64,000 nucleotides of DNA from Scenedesmus sp. PABB004 (lineage: Eukaryota). The notes beneath the pieces were generated by a model that was not told where the DNA came from, did no database searches, and worked only from the letters and a program-made list of their open reading frames with translations. Below are positions 36,531-48,358 of this stretch, piece after piece. The translations under genes and the position numbers were made by a program. The first letter of the stretch is position 1; every line of letters begins with the position of its first letter. The stretch is taken from assembly GCA_014905635.1 (NCBI GenBank), contig JABVCE010000024.1:372001-436000 (forward strand). The letters run 5' to 3'.

Positions 36531-37281
36531 ATGGCGGCGGCGGCAGACGGCGTGGATGCTGCAGCAGCTGACGTCCAGGCGGCGTTCGCGGCCGCCGTGC
36601 GCGGGTGCGCAGCTCGGGCCCGCCAAGCGCGCCACGGGCGCCGCGGCGCCGTGCCAGGCCGCCAGGCCGCGACTGGGCGCTCTGATCGCCGCCCCTCACC
36701 CGTCCCGACGCCGCAGGCACCACGCCGACCTCTGCGCGCGCGGCATGAACGCCAACGAGGCTTGCGCGCTCGCGCTCCGCGTCGCCGCGGGCCAGGGTGC
36801 GGCGGGCGCAGCCCGGACAGCACCGGAAGCGCGAGCCGCAGCGGCGAGGCGCGCGCCGGCGGCGCAGCGGCCGCGCGCCGCGCGGCGCGGCAGACCGCGC
36901 CGCTGCTGCTGCGCTGCGCCCCGCCGCCCGCAGCCTCGCTGCCGCGGCGCCTCGCCGACATCCACGACGCCCTCAAGGCGGCGCAGCAGGGCGGACGCAG
37001 CGACTACGGGGCCGCGGCCGCGCTGGTGCGCGCGGCGCGGCGGGCGCGCCGCCGCTGGCGTGCCGCGCGGCCAGCCCACGGCGCGGCGCGGCCGCGCGCT
37101 GCTGCTCGCAGATTCGGTCGTTCTTCGCGAGCCCCGATGCGCTCCACACCGCATTTTGGCCGCAGCCCGCGGCAGCGGCGCAGCAGCTGGAGCCGGCGGG
37201 CGAGCGGCAGGCGCAGCAGGAGGAGCGGCAGGAGCAGGAGGAGCGGCAGGAGCAGGAGGAGCGGCAGGAGCAGGAGCAGCA

Positions 37282-37319
<38 letters not shown>

Positions 37320-37839
37320 CACCGGCGCAGCGGCCGCCGTGGCTGCAGATCGACGGCGCGCAGGTGGAGGCGCTGCGCGCCGCGCTCGAGGCGTGCCGCG
37401 CCGACGCGGTGCGCGACGCGCTGGCCGAGGGCGGGCAGCAGCTGCTGCTTCACATCAGCGACGCCGCGCGGCGGGGCGCCGACAACCCGGGCTTCTGCCG
37501 CCAGGTGCGCGGCAGGGGAGGGGGTGCGGGCGCTGCGTGGCCCGACCTCGCGCGGCGCAGCCCCGTGCCTGGCAGGTCGGGCAGCGGCGCCGACCGCCGC
37601 CGCCCGCCGTCCGCGCCAGGTGTGCGGGCTGCTGGCCAACCCCTGGCTGGAGCACATGGAGTGCCACGCGCTGCTGGCGTGCCTTGCGGGCGTGCTGGTG
37701 GAGGTCAGCCAGGGCGGCGGCGGCGGCAGCGGCGGCAGCGGGGGCGGCAGCGGCGGCGGGCGCGGCCCGTCGTGCGGCGTCGGCTACGGGCAGCAGCTCG
37801 ACGCGCTGCTGCGGAGCTGGGACGCGCCGCAGATGCGCC

Positions 37840-37870
<31 letters not shown>

Positions 37871-40800
37871 GTGCGCGCGTGCGGCCCTGCCCGCCGCCCG
37901 GCTGCTGCCGGCCGCCGTGCCGCGCCGTGCCCCCCCTCCCAAACACACACATGCACGCACGCGCACGCCGCCGCGCGCCACGCCGGCCGCGCAGGCTGGT
38001 CGCGCTGCTGCAGCAGCACATCACGCTCACCCTGTACGAGCAGCAGGCCATCACGCCCGGCGTCGAGGCCACAACGGCGCTGCTGGGCCTCGCGCAGGCC
38101 GCCAACGCGGACGCGCCCGGGCCGGAGGCGCTCGACTTTGCCGAGTTTTACAACGACGCCGTGAACGAGCCAGACTTCAACATCAAAGAGGACTACAAGC
38201 GCTGGACGAGCGTGAGCGCGCGCGCGGCAGCGCCGCGGGGCAGGCGCGGGAGCGAGCAGGCGCGCGAGCGAGCAGGCGCGAGCGCGCCGCGCGGGCGCGG
38301 CGCCCGCGCCCAGCCGCCCGCGCGCCGCGCCGCGCCGCGCCGCGCCGCGCGCAGCCGTCGCGGCCGTTCAGCTTCTGCAGCCACCCCTGGATCTACGACC
38401 CCGCGAGCAAGAGCAAGATACTCCAGCTGGAGAACCAGATGCAGCAGCTGCAGGCCTTTGAGAACACCATGATGCGGGTGCGGCGCCCGCGGCGCCAGCC
38501 GCGCCGCGCGGCGGCGCGGCGCGGCGCGGCGCGGCGCGGCGCGGCGCGGCGGCGCGTGCTGCGCGCCCCGCGCGCGGAGGGCGGCGCGCCGCGCGACCGC
38601 AGCTGCGACGCGCGCGGCCGCCCCGGCGCCGCAGGCCATCATGCACGGCGCGCGCGAGGTGTGCCCGTATCTCCTGCTCAAGGTGCGGCGCGGCGGCGGG
38701 CTGCTACAACGCTCAGCTCAAACCTTTCAAGTGATGTTGAGCCCACCTCCGGCAGCAAAGCACTGCTCAAACGCGCGGCCCGCGCGCCGTGCCCACGACC
38801 GGCCGCGCGCGTGCGCGTCGCCGCCGCGTCACGCGCCGCGCCGCGCCACCGCCGCCGGGCGCAGGTGCGGCGTGGGCCGTACCTGCTGAGCGACACGCTG
38901 CTGCAGATCAACGCGGCCAAGAACAACGGCAGCCTCAAGAAGCCCCTCAAGGCACGAACGGGCGAGGATTGGGGGGGGGGCACGATGCCGGCCGCATCAG
39001 ATGCTGGCGCGAGGGCGGCGGCGGGGCGAGGCGGCGGGCGCGGGGCCGGCGGCCGTGCGATGCGGCGCCCGCCAGCGCCCGCGGCCCGCGCGGCGCGCCG
39101 CCCTGGGGTTGGCGGGGCGGCGGGGCGGCTCGGGCGCGCGCGGCGCCGCGCCTACTCGGCTCACGCGCCCACGCACCCACGCCTCTGCGCTGCCCCACAC
39201 GCCCCCGCGCTGCCCCACACGCCCCACATGCCGCGGCGCAGGTCAAGTTTGTGGGCGAGGAGGGCGTGGACGAGGGTGGCCTGCAGAAGGAGTTCTTCCA
39301 GCTCCTCGTGCGGCAGTGCTTCAACCCCCAGTTTGGCATGTTTGTCTACAGGTGGCAGGGTTTAGGGGGGGGGGTTAGGGTTTAGGTGTTTAGGGTGTAG
39401 GGTGTAGGCGTCCTCAGGGCGGAGGGAGGGGCGCGGAGCAGCGGCGGTGGAGCGCCGCTCGCCCGCGCGCCGCGGCGGGGCCGGCGCGCCCAGCGCGCGC
39501 CCCGCGCTCGCCCACGCCGCCGCTGCCCGCCCGCCCGTGCGCGCGTGCCGCCGCCGCCGCCGTCGCCCGCGCAGCGAGGAGACGCGGCTGCACTGGTTCC
39601 ACGCGAGCAGCATGGAGCTGGGCACCGAGTACGAGCTCATTGGCATCCTCGTGGGTGCGTGAGAGGGGACGGGGGACGGGGGGGGGGGGGGGCTCTGCGG
39701 CAGGCGCGCCCGCACGCGGCCGCCCAGCGGGGCGCAGGGCGCGCAGGGCTGCTAGCTGGCGGCGCGCCGGGGGGCGTGAGCACGGGCGGGCGGCGCGGCG
39801 CGGCGGCCCTCGCCTGCGCCTCTCGCCCACCCTGCGCGCCCAGCGTCCCGCCCCGGGGGGCGTGCAAACCCTAAACCCTCCACCCCCTCGACCGCAAGGC
39901 CTGGCAATCTACAACTCCCACATCATGGAGTTTCAGTTCCCCCTGTGCCTCTACAAAAAGCTCATGGGCCAGCCCCTCGGCCTGGCCGACCTCGCCGAGC
40001 TGCACCCCGACGTGCACCGGTGCGGCGCGGGTGGCGGGGGGCGGGGGGGGGGGGGGCGCGAAAGAAGCGCCGCGGCGCGAGCGTGCGGGCGTGCGGGCGG
40101 GCGGGCGGCTGGCGGGCCGGCGCCGCTCATGACCGCCGCCGCGGCGCAGGAGCCTGGTCAAGCTGCAGGGCATGAGCGCGGAGGAGCTGGAGGCGCTCGC
40201 GCTCACCTTCCAGGTGTGACGCGGTGGAGTGGGTGGTGGGGGGGGGGGCACTCTCTGCGCGCCCGTGCACGCGACGCGCCGTGCCCGCCACGTGCCCCCC
40301 CTCCCATGGTCGCGCACCCCGCGGTCGGTCCGGGCAACGTCGCCGCAGATTGAGAGCGAGGCCGGCTTTGGCGAGCGCGTGGCGGTGGACCTCGCGCCCG
40401 GCGGCGCGGCGCTCGCGGTCGGCCGCGGCAACGTCGCCGACTACGTCGCCGCGTACACGCAGCACCTGCTGGTCGGCAGCGTGGCGCGCCAGTTCGACGC
40501 CTTCCAGCGCGGCTTCCTGCGCCTCTGCAGCGGCGCGGCGCTGCAGTTTTTCAGGCGCGTGTGCGCGAGAGAGAGAGAGAGTGAGAGAGAGAGAGAGAGC
40601 CCGCCGCGTTGCCTTGGACCGCGGCGGCCCGCTCGGCCTGCGGGCCGCCGCCCGCCCGTGCCGCGCCGCCGCCCCTCCGGGCGCCGCCGCCGCCCGCTTG
40701 GCCGAGCCACCGCCCTCCTGTGCGGCGCCGCCGCCCGCTCGCGGCTCACGGGCGTGGCCGCCGCCGGGCATGCCTGCGCCCCGCCCGCGCGCGTGCCAGG

Positions 40801-41320
40801 CCCGCGGAGCTGGAGCAGCTGGTGTGCGGCGGGCGGGTCGTGGACCTGGCCGCCCTCGAGGCGGCCACACACTACGACGACGGCTACGACGCGTCCAGCG
40901 CGCCCGTGCGCTGGTTCTGGGAGGTGCGCGCGCGCCGGCCGGCCGCTGGGGCGCCGGCTGCACGGGCGCGGCACGGCGGTTTGTCGCGCTCCTGCGTGTG
41001 GGCCCCGCGCGCTGCGGCGCCCACCGCTCACGCCCGCGCGCGCGCCGCGCGCTGCGCCGCAGGAGGTGCACGCGCTGGACGGCGCGGCGCAGAAGCGGCT
41101 GCTTTTTTTCATCACCGGCAGCGACCGCGTGCCCATCAAGGGCCTTGGCCACCTCAGCCCTCCGTTTGTCATCTCGCGCAACGGCGCCGACGGCGCGCGC
41201 CTGCCGACCGCGCACACGTGCTTCAACCACCTGCTGCTGCCCGCGTACGCCGACCGCGACACGCTGCGCTCGCGGCTGCTGACGGCGCTGGACAACGCGG
41301 AGGGCTTCGGCCTGCTCTGA
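36531..41320 (+). CDS. HECT-domain E3 ubiquitin ligase (multi-exon)
   Basis: Spliced motifs [78 protein letters not shown] and [14 protein letters not shown] (catalytic Cys), ending EGFGLL*. Confidence 0.93.
39357..39410. repeat. Interstitial telomere-like TTTAGGG tract in a HECT intron
   Basis: agggtttagggg...gttagggtttaggtgtttagggtgtagggtgtagg directly after the donor at ~39352. Confidence 0.75.
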
Positions 41321-42013
41321 CAGGGGCGGCGCGCCGCGTGGGCGTGCGCGCGTGGAGCCACGTGCTGCGGCGCAGCAGGCCGGGCGGCGGCGCACACGCA
41401 GCGTGGCGGGCAGCGGCTGGCGCCCCCCGCGGCGGCTGCCACGGCCGGGCGTGGCGAGCGCGCGCGGCACGCTGGCGGCGCGTGGTGGTGCGCGGGCTGC
41501 ATCGTGAGCGCTCGCTCGCGCTGGTGACAGGCAGCGTTGGACCGAGTTCTGCCGCCCGTGCGAGGGGGCCGGGAGGTCAGCGGCTGGGTGGTGCTCAGCA
41601 AGTCAGGGGCGCCGCCGCGCGAGCGCGCAAGAAAAATGACCGCCGCCTTGCGCCGCTGGCGCGGACGCCGCTGGGTGGCGCGGCCCGTGCGACTCCGGGG
41701 CGTCGTGGTGAGGCCCTGGAGCTGTTGACGGGCCCATCAAACCCAGGGGGTGGCCTGGCAGGGCTTGAGCTCGCTTAGGGCTTCACTCCGGCTTCAGAAA
41801 AAGGGGGTGAACCACGACGATATGCCCGTTACATTCGGCGCGGTCGCCGGAACGCAACACCTTGGCGTCCAATCGCGCGCCCGCGCGCGACGACACGCAG
41901 CCCACAGGCCAGGCCAGGCGCCCGGTCCGGCTCTAGGGTCAGCCCTCCTCCCACGCGCGCGCGCAGCTCACGCGACGCCTGATCAGCCGCTCACGACGAC
42001 GGCTCGTACGACT

Positions 42014-45000
42014 ATGGTGCGGCCCCACGGGCGCGCGGCCTGGCTGGACCGGGCAGCGCAGTTTTCGCGGGCGAGGATTCGCCATCCCCTGCCCCGCCGA
42101 GCGGGGCGCCCTGGCGCCGGGAGCCCGCGCGCGCGTGCCCCACGTGACTGCACACTGCGCCCCTGCCGCCTGACACCCCGCGCTCCGACGGCTGACCCGC
42201 CCCACCCGCCGCCCGCGCGCTGCTCGCCCACCGACAGGCCGCCGCGCCGCGCCGCCTGCTGGTCTGCCTGGCGCTGCTGGCGTGGTGTGCGACAGCCGCC
42301 ACGTCGCGGGACGTCGCCGTCGCCGTCGACGGAGGCACACACCGCAGGCCCACGCGCACGCTGCGCCAGGGCCGGCCCGCCGCGCCACGACAGGCCGTGC
42401 CCGACATCTGCGGCGCGACTGGGCAGGACGCCGGCTCCGACACCACCACGCGCTGCGCGCAGCGCTGTCAGGTCTGCGTCAACGACCGCACCATCGCAAC
42501 CCGCAACCGCACCTGCCTCTGCTGCAAGGCGGGCTTCGTGCCCAACCGCGAGGAGCCCGGGCGCTGCCGGCCGTGCGCGCCCAGCACGTTCAGCCCGACG
42601 CCCGGGCGCGCGCGCTGCATGCTCTGCCGCGGCGCATTCACCACCCTGCGCAATGGCGCCACAAGCTGTGACGGTGAGCGCGGGCGCTGCGCCGGTGCTG
42701 CGGGACAGAGCCGCTGCCGCGCTGCGCCGCCTGACGCACCCTGACGCCCCACTTCCCTCCTCGTCGCTCGCCGCAAACGCTCGCAGCCTGCGCGCCCGGT
42801 TACGGAGGTGAAGCGTGTGTGCAGTGTGCTGCCGACACCTACTCACCCGGCGGCTGGCCAAACGAAACGGCCTGCCTCGCTTGCCCCCCTGGCACGAGCA
42901 CGAGCGCCCTGCCCGGCGCGACGTCGCTGGTCGGCTGCCTCCCCGGTGCGGGGCGTGAGGGCGGTGGCGCTCCTGCCGGGCTGCTGCATGGCGCGCCCAA
43001 CCACATCGCTGACATGCACGAGCCGTACGCGCCCTCATTGTCCCGCAGTGAACACCACCAATCAGGAGTTGCCCGCGCCAGCCAGCCCGTCGCCCGCGCC
43101 GCTGGCCCTCAGCAGCCCCAGCCCCGCCTCTGCGCCAAGCCCTGCGCCGAGCCCTGCGCCGAGCCCTGCGCCAAGCCCTGCGCCGAGCCCTGCGCCAAGC
43201 CCTGCGCCAAGCCCTGCGCCAAGCCTCAGCCCCAGCCCCAGCCCCAGCCCCAGCTCTGCGCCAACCCCTGCGCCAACCCCTGCGCCAACCCCTGCGCCAA
43301 CCCCTACGCCCGTGCCAGGCGGCGGCGGTGGCTCGTTGGTCCAAGCCTGTGGCGCCTTCAACTGCACCAGCGGCGTGCCCCGGTCCAGTGACACCGTCGG
43401 GAGCTCCGAGGCCGCCTGTTGCGTGAGTGGGCCGGCGCGGGTTGCCCGAGGGCACGCCGCGGTGCAGCATGGCCACAGGGGGCCTCGGTCACTCTGCTAG
43501 AGCTGCGTTCACGCAGCCGCCCACCGCTGCCGTCGCTGCACACCTCACAACCACCCCAGAGCACGTGCGCCAACCCCGTCACGGCGATCACTTGTGTTGC
43601 TGGGCAGTCGCTGCCGTCGACTCCTGTGGCCCTGCCGGCGGGCATTGGGCCCTCCGCTGCTCGGTGCTGCGTGAGTTGCCACGGGCCTTTAGCGCTCGCC
43701 GCTTTCATGCAAAGCACACCCTAAATGTCAGCGCGAACGCCAGTGAGCGCCACGCGCTGCGCCGCCGGCGCGCCTGCAGGTCTTTTCTGTTGCCGTCGCC
43801 ACATGCAACAGCACGGGCGCTGGAGCGCCGTCGTACGACTGCGCCAACTCGACGCTGCCGCTCCCCAACGCGCTCTACGCGCCGGCCAGCATCAGCGGCC
43901 TCACGCCGGCGGCCGCAGAGGCCGTGTGCTGCACGGTGCGCGTGCCGCCGACGGCACCGAGCCGCGCCGAGCAGGCGCCGCCTGTTGGCAGCCAGGCTCG
44001 CTGACACCCGGGCTCGCTGGCTGTTGCATGCGCTGCTGCATTTGCAGCGCCACGCAATCCACGCCTCCGCCCGCGCCGCCCGCAGGCGCACCCTGCTGGC
44101 GCGACCTGCATCGACATCGACGGCGCGGGCGCAGGACAGGTCGCGCTCAACTGTGCGTGGTGCAGCGCAGTCGAGGGCACTGGCCGCCTGCGCAGCGGCG
44201 GGGCGGGCACCGCCGCGTGCAGCGTGCGGACCTCGCAGAGCTTTGCTGCTCTGCTCCGCCCTGCGCTGATCGCTGTCCCGCGCGCTCCTGCATGCACTCA
44301 TGCGCAGGCACGGGCGCGGGCTGGGTCAACGGGGGCGCCAGCACCAGCATCGCGGGGCAGACGCCCAGCCAAGCGCGGGCCACGTGCTGCACGGTGAGAT
44401 GCGCGCGCGTGGGCGGAGGCCAGAGCAGCACGCTGCTGGCGGCGCGCGCGCTCGGTGCCTGCCAGGCGCGCGGTCTGCAGGCGCGCCGCGTGCTCGCCGC
44501 CTGCGACCGCACCTGCCCATCAACCTGCTGCTGCCCGCCGCAGGTCTACGCGGCCGGGGCAACGTGTGGCGGCACGACCGGCAGCTCGCCCGCGCTGCCG
44601 TTCAACTGCTCAGGCAGCAGCCAACCGTTCCCCAACGCGCTCTACGCGCCGGCCAACATCACCGGCCTCACGCTGGCGGCCGCAGAGGCGGTCTGCTGCA
44701 AGGTGCGCCGCCCGCCGGCGGCAACGCGCCGGCCTTGGGCGCTGCGCTTGCCGACGCCGCTGCGCTCTGCTTCCCCGCCGTCAGGCGTACCCTGCGGGCG
44801 CGACGTGCGGCGACAACGACGGCAGCCTGACGGCAGCCACGCAGTCGCTGTCATGTGAGTTTGGCGCTGGGCAGCAGGTGCCGCCGCGGGGGGGGGGGGG
44901 GGGGGCATGCGCGCTCTGCAGCGCTGCGCGCACGCCCGCCGGGCCCGCCGGGCCCGGCGCGTGCGGGCTGCTGAGCGGCGCCGGTGGTGCGAAACTCGGG

Positions 45001-46317
45001 GGAGGGGGAGGCGGGCACTCACGGGCTCTGCTGCTGCTGCACTCATGCCGCGCAGGCGGCAACTTGGTCGCGGCCGCCAACGCCACCAACACCACCATTG
45101 CCGGGCTCAGCGCCACAGAGGCCGCAGCCGCCTGCTGCACCACCGCGCCGGCAGTCGCGTTACCGGTTCCGGCCGTTGCTGCAGGCACCGGATACACATG
45201 CGCGTTGCTGAACGACACCTCGGTGCGCTGCTTTGGCAGCAACGAGTATGGCCAGCTTGGCGATGGCACCAACACAACCAGACCCGCGCCCGTGCGCGTC
45301 ACGTGGCCGGGCGGCACGCCGCTGACCGGCGTGGTGAGCATTGTCGCCGGCCCCTCTCACGCCTGCGCGACGCTGGCAAATGGCACGGCGGCGTGCTGGG
45401 GTCGCAACTTTATCGGCCAGCTGGGCGGCAACTCTGCGTCTTTCAGCCAGCCCAACCCCGTCGCCGTCTTGCTTGGCGGCGCGCCGATGACCGGCGTGGC
45501 GAGCATCGCCGCTGGCGCGTATCACACCTGCGCGCGGTTGGTCAACGGCACGGCGCTTTGCTGGGGCACGAATGGGAACGGGCAGCTCGGAGACAACACC
45601 ACAGCCTCCCGTTTTAGCCCTGCGGCCGTCACGCTTGGGGGTGTGCCGCTGACCGGCGTGGCTGAGATCGTTGCTGGCTTTCAGCACACCTGCGTGCGGC
45701 TGGACAACGGCACCGCAGTGTGCTGGGGCTTCAACGGGAGCGGCCAGCTTGGCGAAGGCACCAACACCACCAGCCGGCCGAGCCCCGTGGCCGTCACGTG
45801 GCCGGGCGGCGCGCCGCTGACCGGCGTGGCCCAGATCGCCGCTGGTCAGTATCACACCTGCGCGACGCTGGCCAACGGCACGGCGGTTTGTTGGGGCGAT
45901 AACGCTTCTGGCGCGCTGGGCGACGGCACCAGCGGAGCCCTTGGCGTCAACAACAACCGGCTCAACCCCGTGGCCGTTTCAAACCTCACCGGCGTGGCGC
46001 TCGTCGCTGCGGGGCTGCGGTCCACCTGCGCCATTGCCGGTGGTGAGGTGGCGTGCTTTGGGAGCAACTACTACAGCCAGCTGGGCACAACCGTCAACGC
46101 CGGCACCGGCAACAACCTCACCCCGCTGAAGGTGCTGGGCCAGGACCCCACCAGTTACCCCGCGGTGGGCGTCGCTGTTGGGGACGCCCATGCGTGCATC
46201 TGGCTTGGGGGCAACTTGGTTGTGTGCTTCGGACAGAACAACTATGGCCAGCTGGGCCGCACCTATACCGACACCTCTACCTCACTCTACGCCGGGGTCC
46301 TCGTGAGCTTTGCTTGA
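42014..46317 (+). CDS. Secreted modular protein, copy A: signal peptide, TNFR/GCC2-like Cys-rich region, Ser/Pro-rich (HRGP-like) stalk, six 4-Cys modules, 7-blade RCC1/BLIP-II propeller
   Basis: ATG|GT micro-exon spliced to 42238 gives MAAAPRRLLVCLALLAWCATAA. Then CKAGFVP...CRPCAPSTFSP and CAADTYSPGG...CLACPPGTST, (APSP)n, exon-coded ..CCT modules, and a terminal exon 45056-46317 with 7 RCC1 repeats. Confidence 0.85.
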
Positions 46318-47249
46318 CGCTCTCGGCGCGCAAGGCATGGCGGAGGCAGCATCACACCAACCCTTGATGGTCAAGGGGGTGCTGTTTGTCTGGCCAGGGC
46401 CAGGGGGTTGCACTCCCTCCACTCTCTTGCCGCGCACCATGTGGTGTGCTGCGGCAACCCCGCAGCGTGTGAGAGGAGCGCGCATGCGCGTGGGCAGGGC
46501 GGCGCAGCACACGAGGGGGGGGGGGGGGCTTCGCTTTTGCCTGCAGGGAAGCAGCAGTTGGTGGGGTCGGCTCTCGTTGCTACGCCTTGAACGGCCTCCC
46601 CTCACCGCGCCGCTCTCTTTCCTGCTCCTGCGGGTTGCCGGACCAAACTTGACTTGACTAGACTTCCAGGGTTTGCCGTGTGCGAGTACGTTGGGCTCAA
46701 CAACATATGCGTGTGCGCAACCTAGTTTGTGTTGTGTTGTGATCAAAATCAAACGGCCTGTTCGATCACGGCCAATTCAGCTTTGAGCAATCAGTTATCG
46801 CCTCTGCTTCAATCACTGCTGTTTGCCACAGGGCGGCTCGGCACCCAACGGCCACGCACGGGCTTAGCAGCACTTCCTGAACGTGCTGACTTGCGCGCGC
46901 GCGCGTGGCTGCTGCTGCCGACGCTCGACAGCGCAGGGGCGCCGGCTGACCAGCTGTCAGCGCCGGCCAGAGCAGGCGAGCGGCCGCGCGCGGTGGGCGG
47001 CTGCCAGCGCGCGTTGGGCGCGCGGCGGCTGGCGCGACCAGGCGTGGGCGCTGCGGCAAGCCTGGCGCTGGCGGCGTGCATCGTGGTGTGAGTGCGTCCG
47101 CTTGGTGCCTGGTCAACTGGGACTCGCTGTGTGGCGGTTGCTCGTAAGACTGTGCACCTGGCCGCTCTCACCCAGCCCGGCCTCGCCACCCGCGCGATGC
47201 AGCCCCAGGCCACCACAAAACACAGTTTGCCGCCGCTGCCCGCTGCTGC

Positions 47250-47435
47250 TGCTGGTCTGCGGATCACGCGCGCGCGCGCGCAATTGCCCTCAGCCACCGG
47301 CGGGCGGCGAGCCCTCGCGGCCCGCCGGCGGCTCACCATCGTCAGCGGCGGCTCATCGTCCGCGGAGGTGGTGGCAAGCGCCGGGTGGCCGGCGTAAAAT
47401 GCTCACCGCCACGCCGCTGGACTGTGGTGGCTCGC
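47250..47435 (-). pseudogene. Decayed duplicate of the last codons of the CUB-TM-RING gene
   Basis: The reverse complement encodes EPPQSSG-VAVSI, matching EPPQSSGRVAVSIY at ~55440-55480, with indels downstream. Confidence 0.75.
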
Positions 47436-47460
47436 ACCGGCCGCCCACGCTGTGCCGCAG

Positions 47461-48358
47461 ATTGAGAGCGAGGCCGGCTTTGGCGAGCGCGTGGCGGTGG
47501 ACCTCGCGCCCGGCGGCGCGGCGCTCGCGGTCGGCCGCGGCAACGTCGCCGACTACGTCGCCGCGTACACGCAGCACCTGCTGGTCGGCAGCGTGGCGCG
47601 CCAGTTCGACGCCTTCCAGCGCGGCTTCCTGCGCCTCTGCAGCGGCGCGGCGCTGCAGTTTTTCAGGCGTGCGCGCGCGAGCCCGCCGCCTCGCGGTGGA
47701 CTGCCACCACCGCCCGCTCGGCCTGCGGGCCGCCGCCCGCCCGTGCCGCGCCGCCGCCCGCTCGCGGCTCACGGGCGTGGCCGCCGCCGGGCATGCCTGC
47801 GCCCCGCCCGCGCGCGCGCCAGGCCCGCGGAGCTGGAGCAGCTGGTGTGCGGCGGGCGGGTCGTGGACCTGGCCGCCCTCGAGGCGGCCACACACTACGA
47901 CGACGGCTACGACGCGTCCAGCGCGCCCGTGCGCTGGTTCTGGGAGGTGCGCGCGCGCCGGCCGGCCGCTGGGGCGCACGCTGCGGGGACGCGCGGGGGC
48001 CGTCTCGCGCGCGCGCGCTCCGGCGCGCGGGCCCCGCGCGCTGCGGCGCCCACCGCTTACGCCCGCGCGCGCGCCGCGCGCGCCGCGCGCTGCGCCGCAG
48101 GAGGTGCACGCGCTGGACGGCGCGGCGCGGAAGCGGCTGCTTTTTTTCATCACCGGCAGCGACCGCGTCCCGATCAAGGGCCTTGGCCACCTCAGCCCTC
48201 CGTTTGTCATCTCGCGCAACGGCGCCGACGGCGCGCGCCTGCCGACCGCGCACACGTGCTTCAACCACCTGCTGCTGCCCGCGTACGCCGACCGCGACAC
48301 GCTGCGCTCGCGGCTGCTGACGGCGCTGGACAACGCGGAGGGCTTCGGCCTGCTCTGA
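47461..48358 (+). pseudogene. Partial duplicate of the last three HECT exons (C-lobe)
   Basis: Exons near-identical to 40349-41320 ([10 protein letters not shown]..., [10 protein letters not shown]..., LPTAHTCFN...GFGLL*). No upstream HECT exons and no convincing start. Confidence 0.88.

Noticed and set aside
37205..37320. (QEER)n/polyQ tract and the (GT)n and (GA)n runs at ~37841 and ~40567
   Set aside because: Ordinary slippage microsatellites, common in chlorophyte genes and introns.
36531..46317. HECT plus RCC1 as a single HERC-type gene
   Set aside because: The HECT ORF ends at its canonical C-terminus (GFGLL*) before the RCC1 gene, which has its own ATG and signal peptide. The order is also the reverse of HERC.
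46700..47250. Less GC-rich repeat (also at ~54840-55330) as a MITE or other transposon
   Set aside because: No terminal inverted repeats or target-site duplication seen. It is explained as the intergenic/3'UTR part of the tandem duplication.
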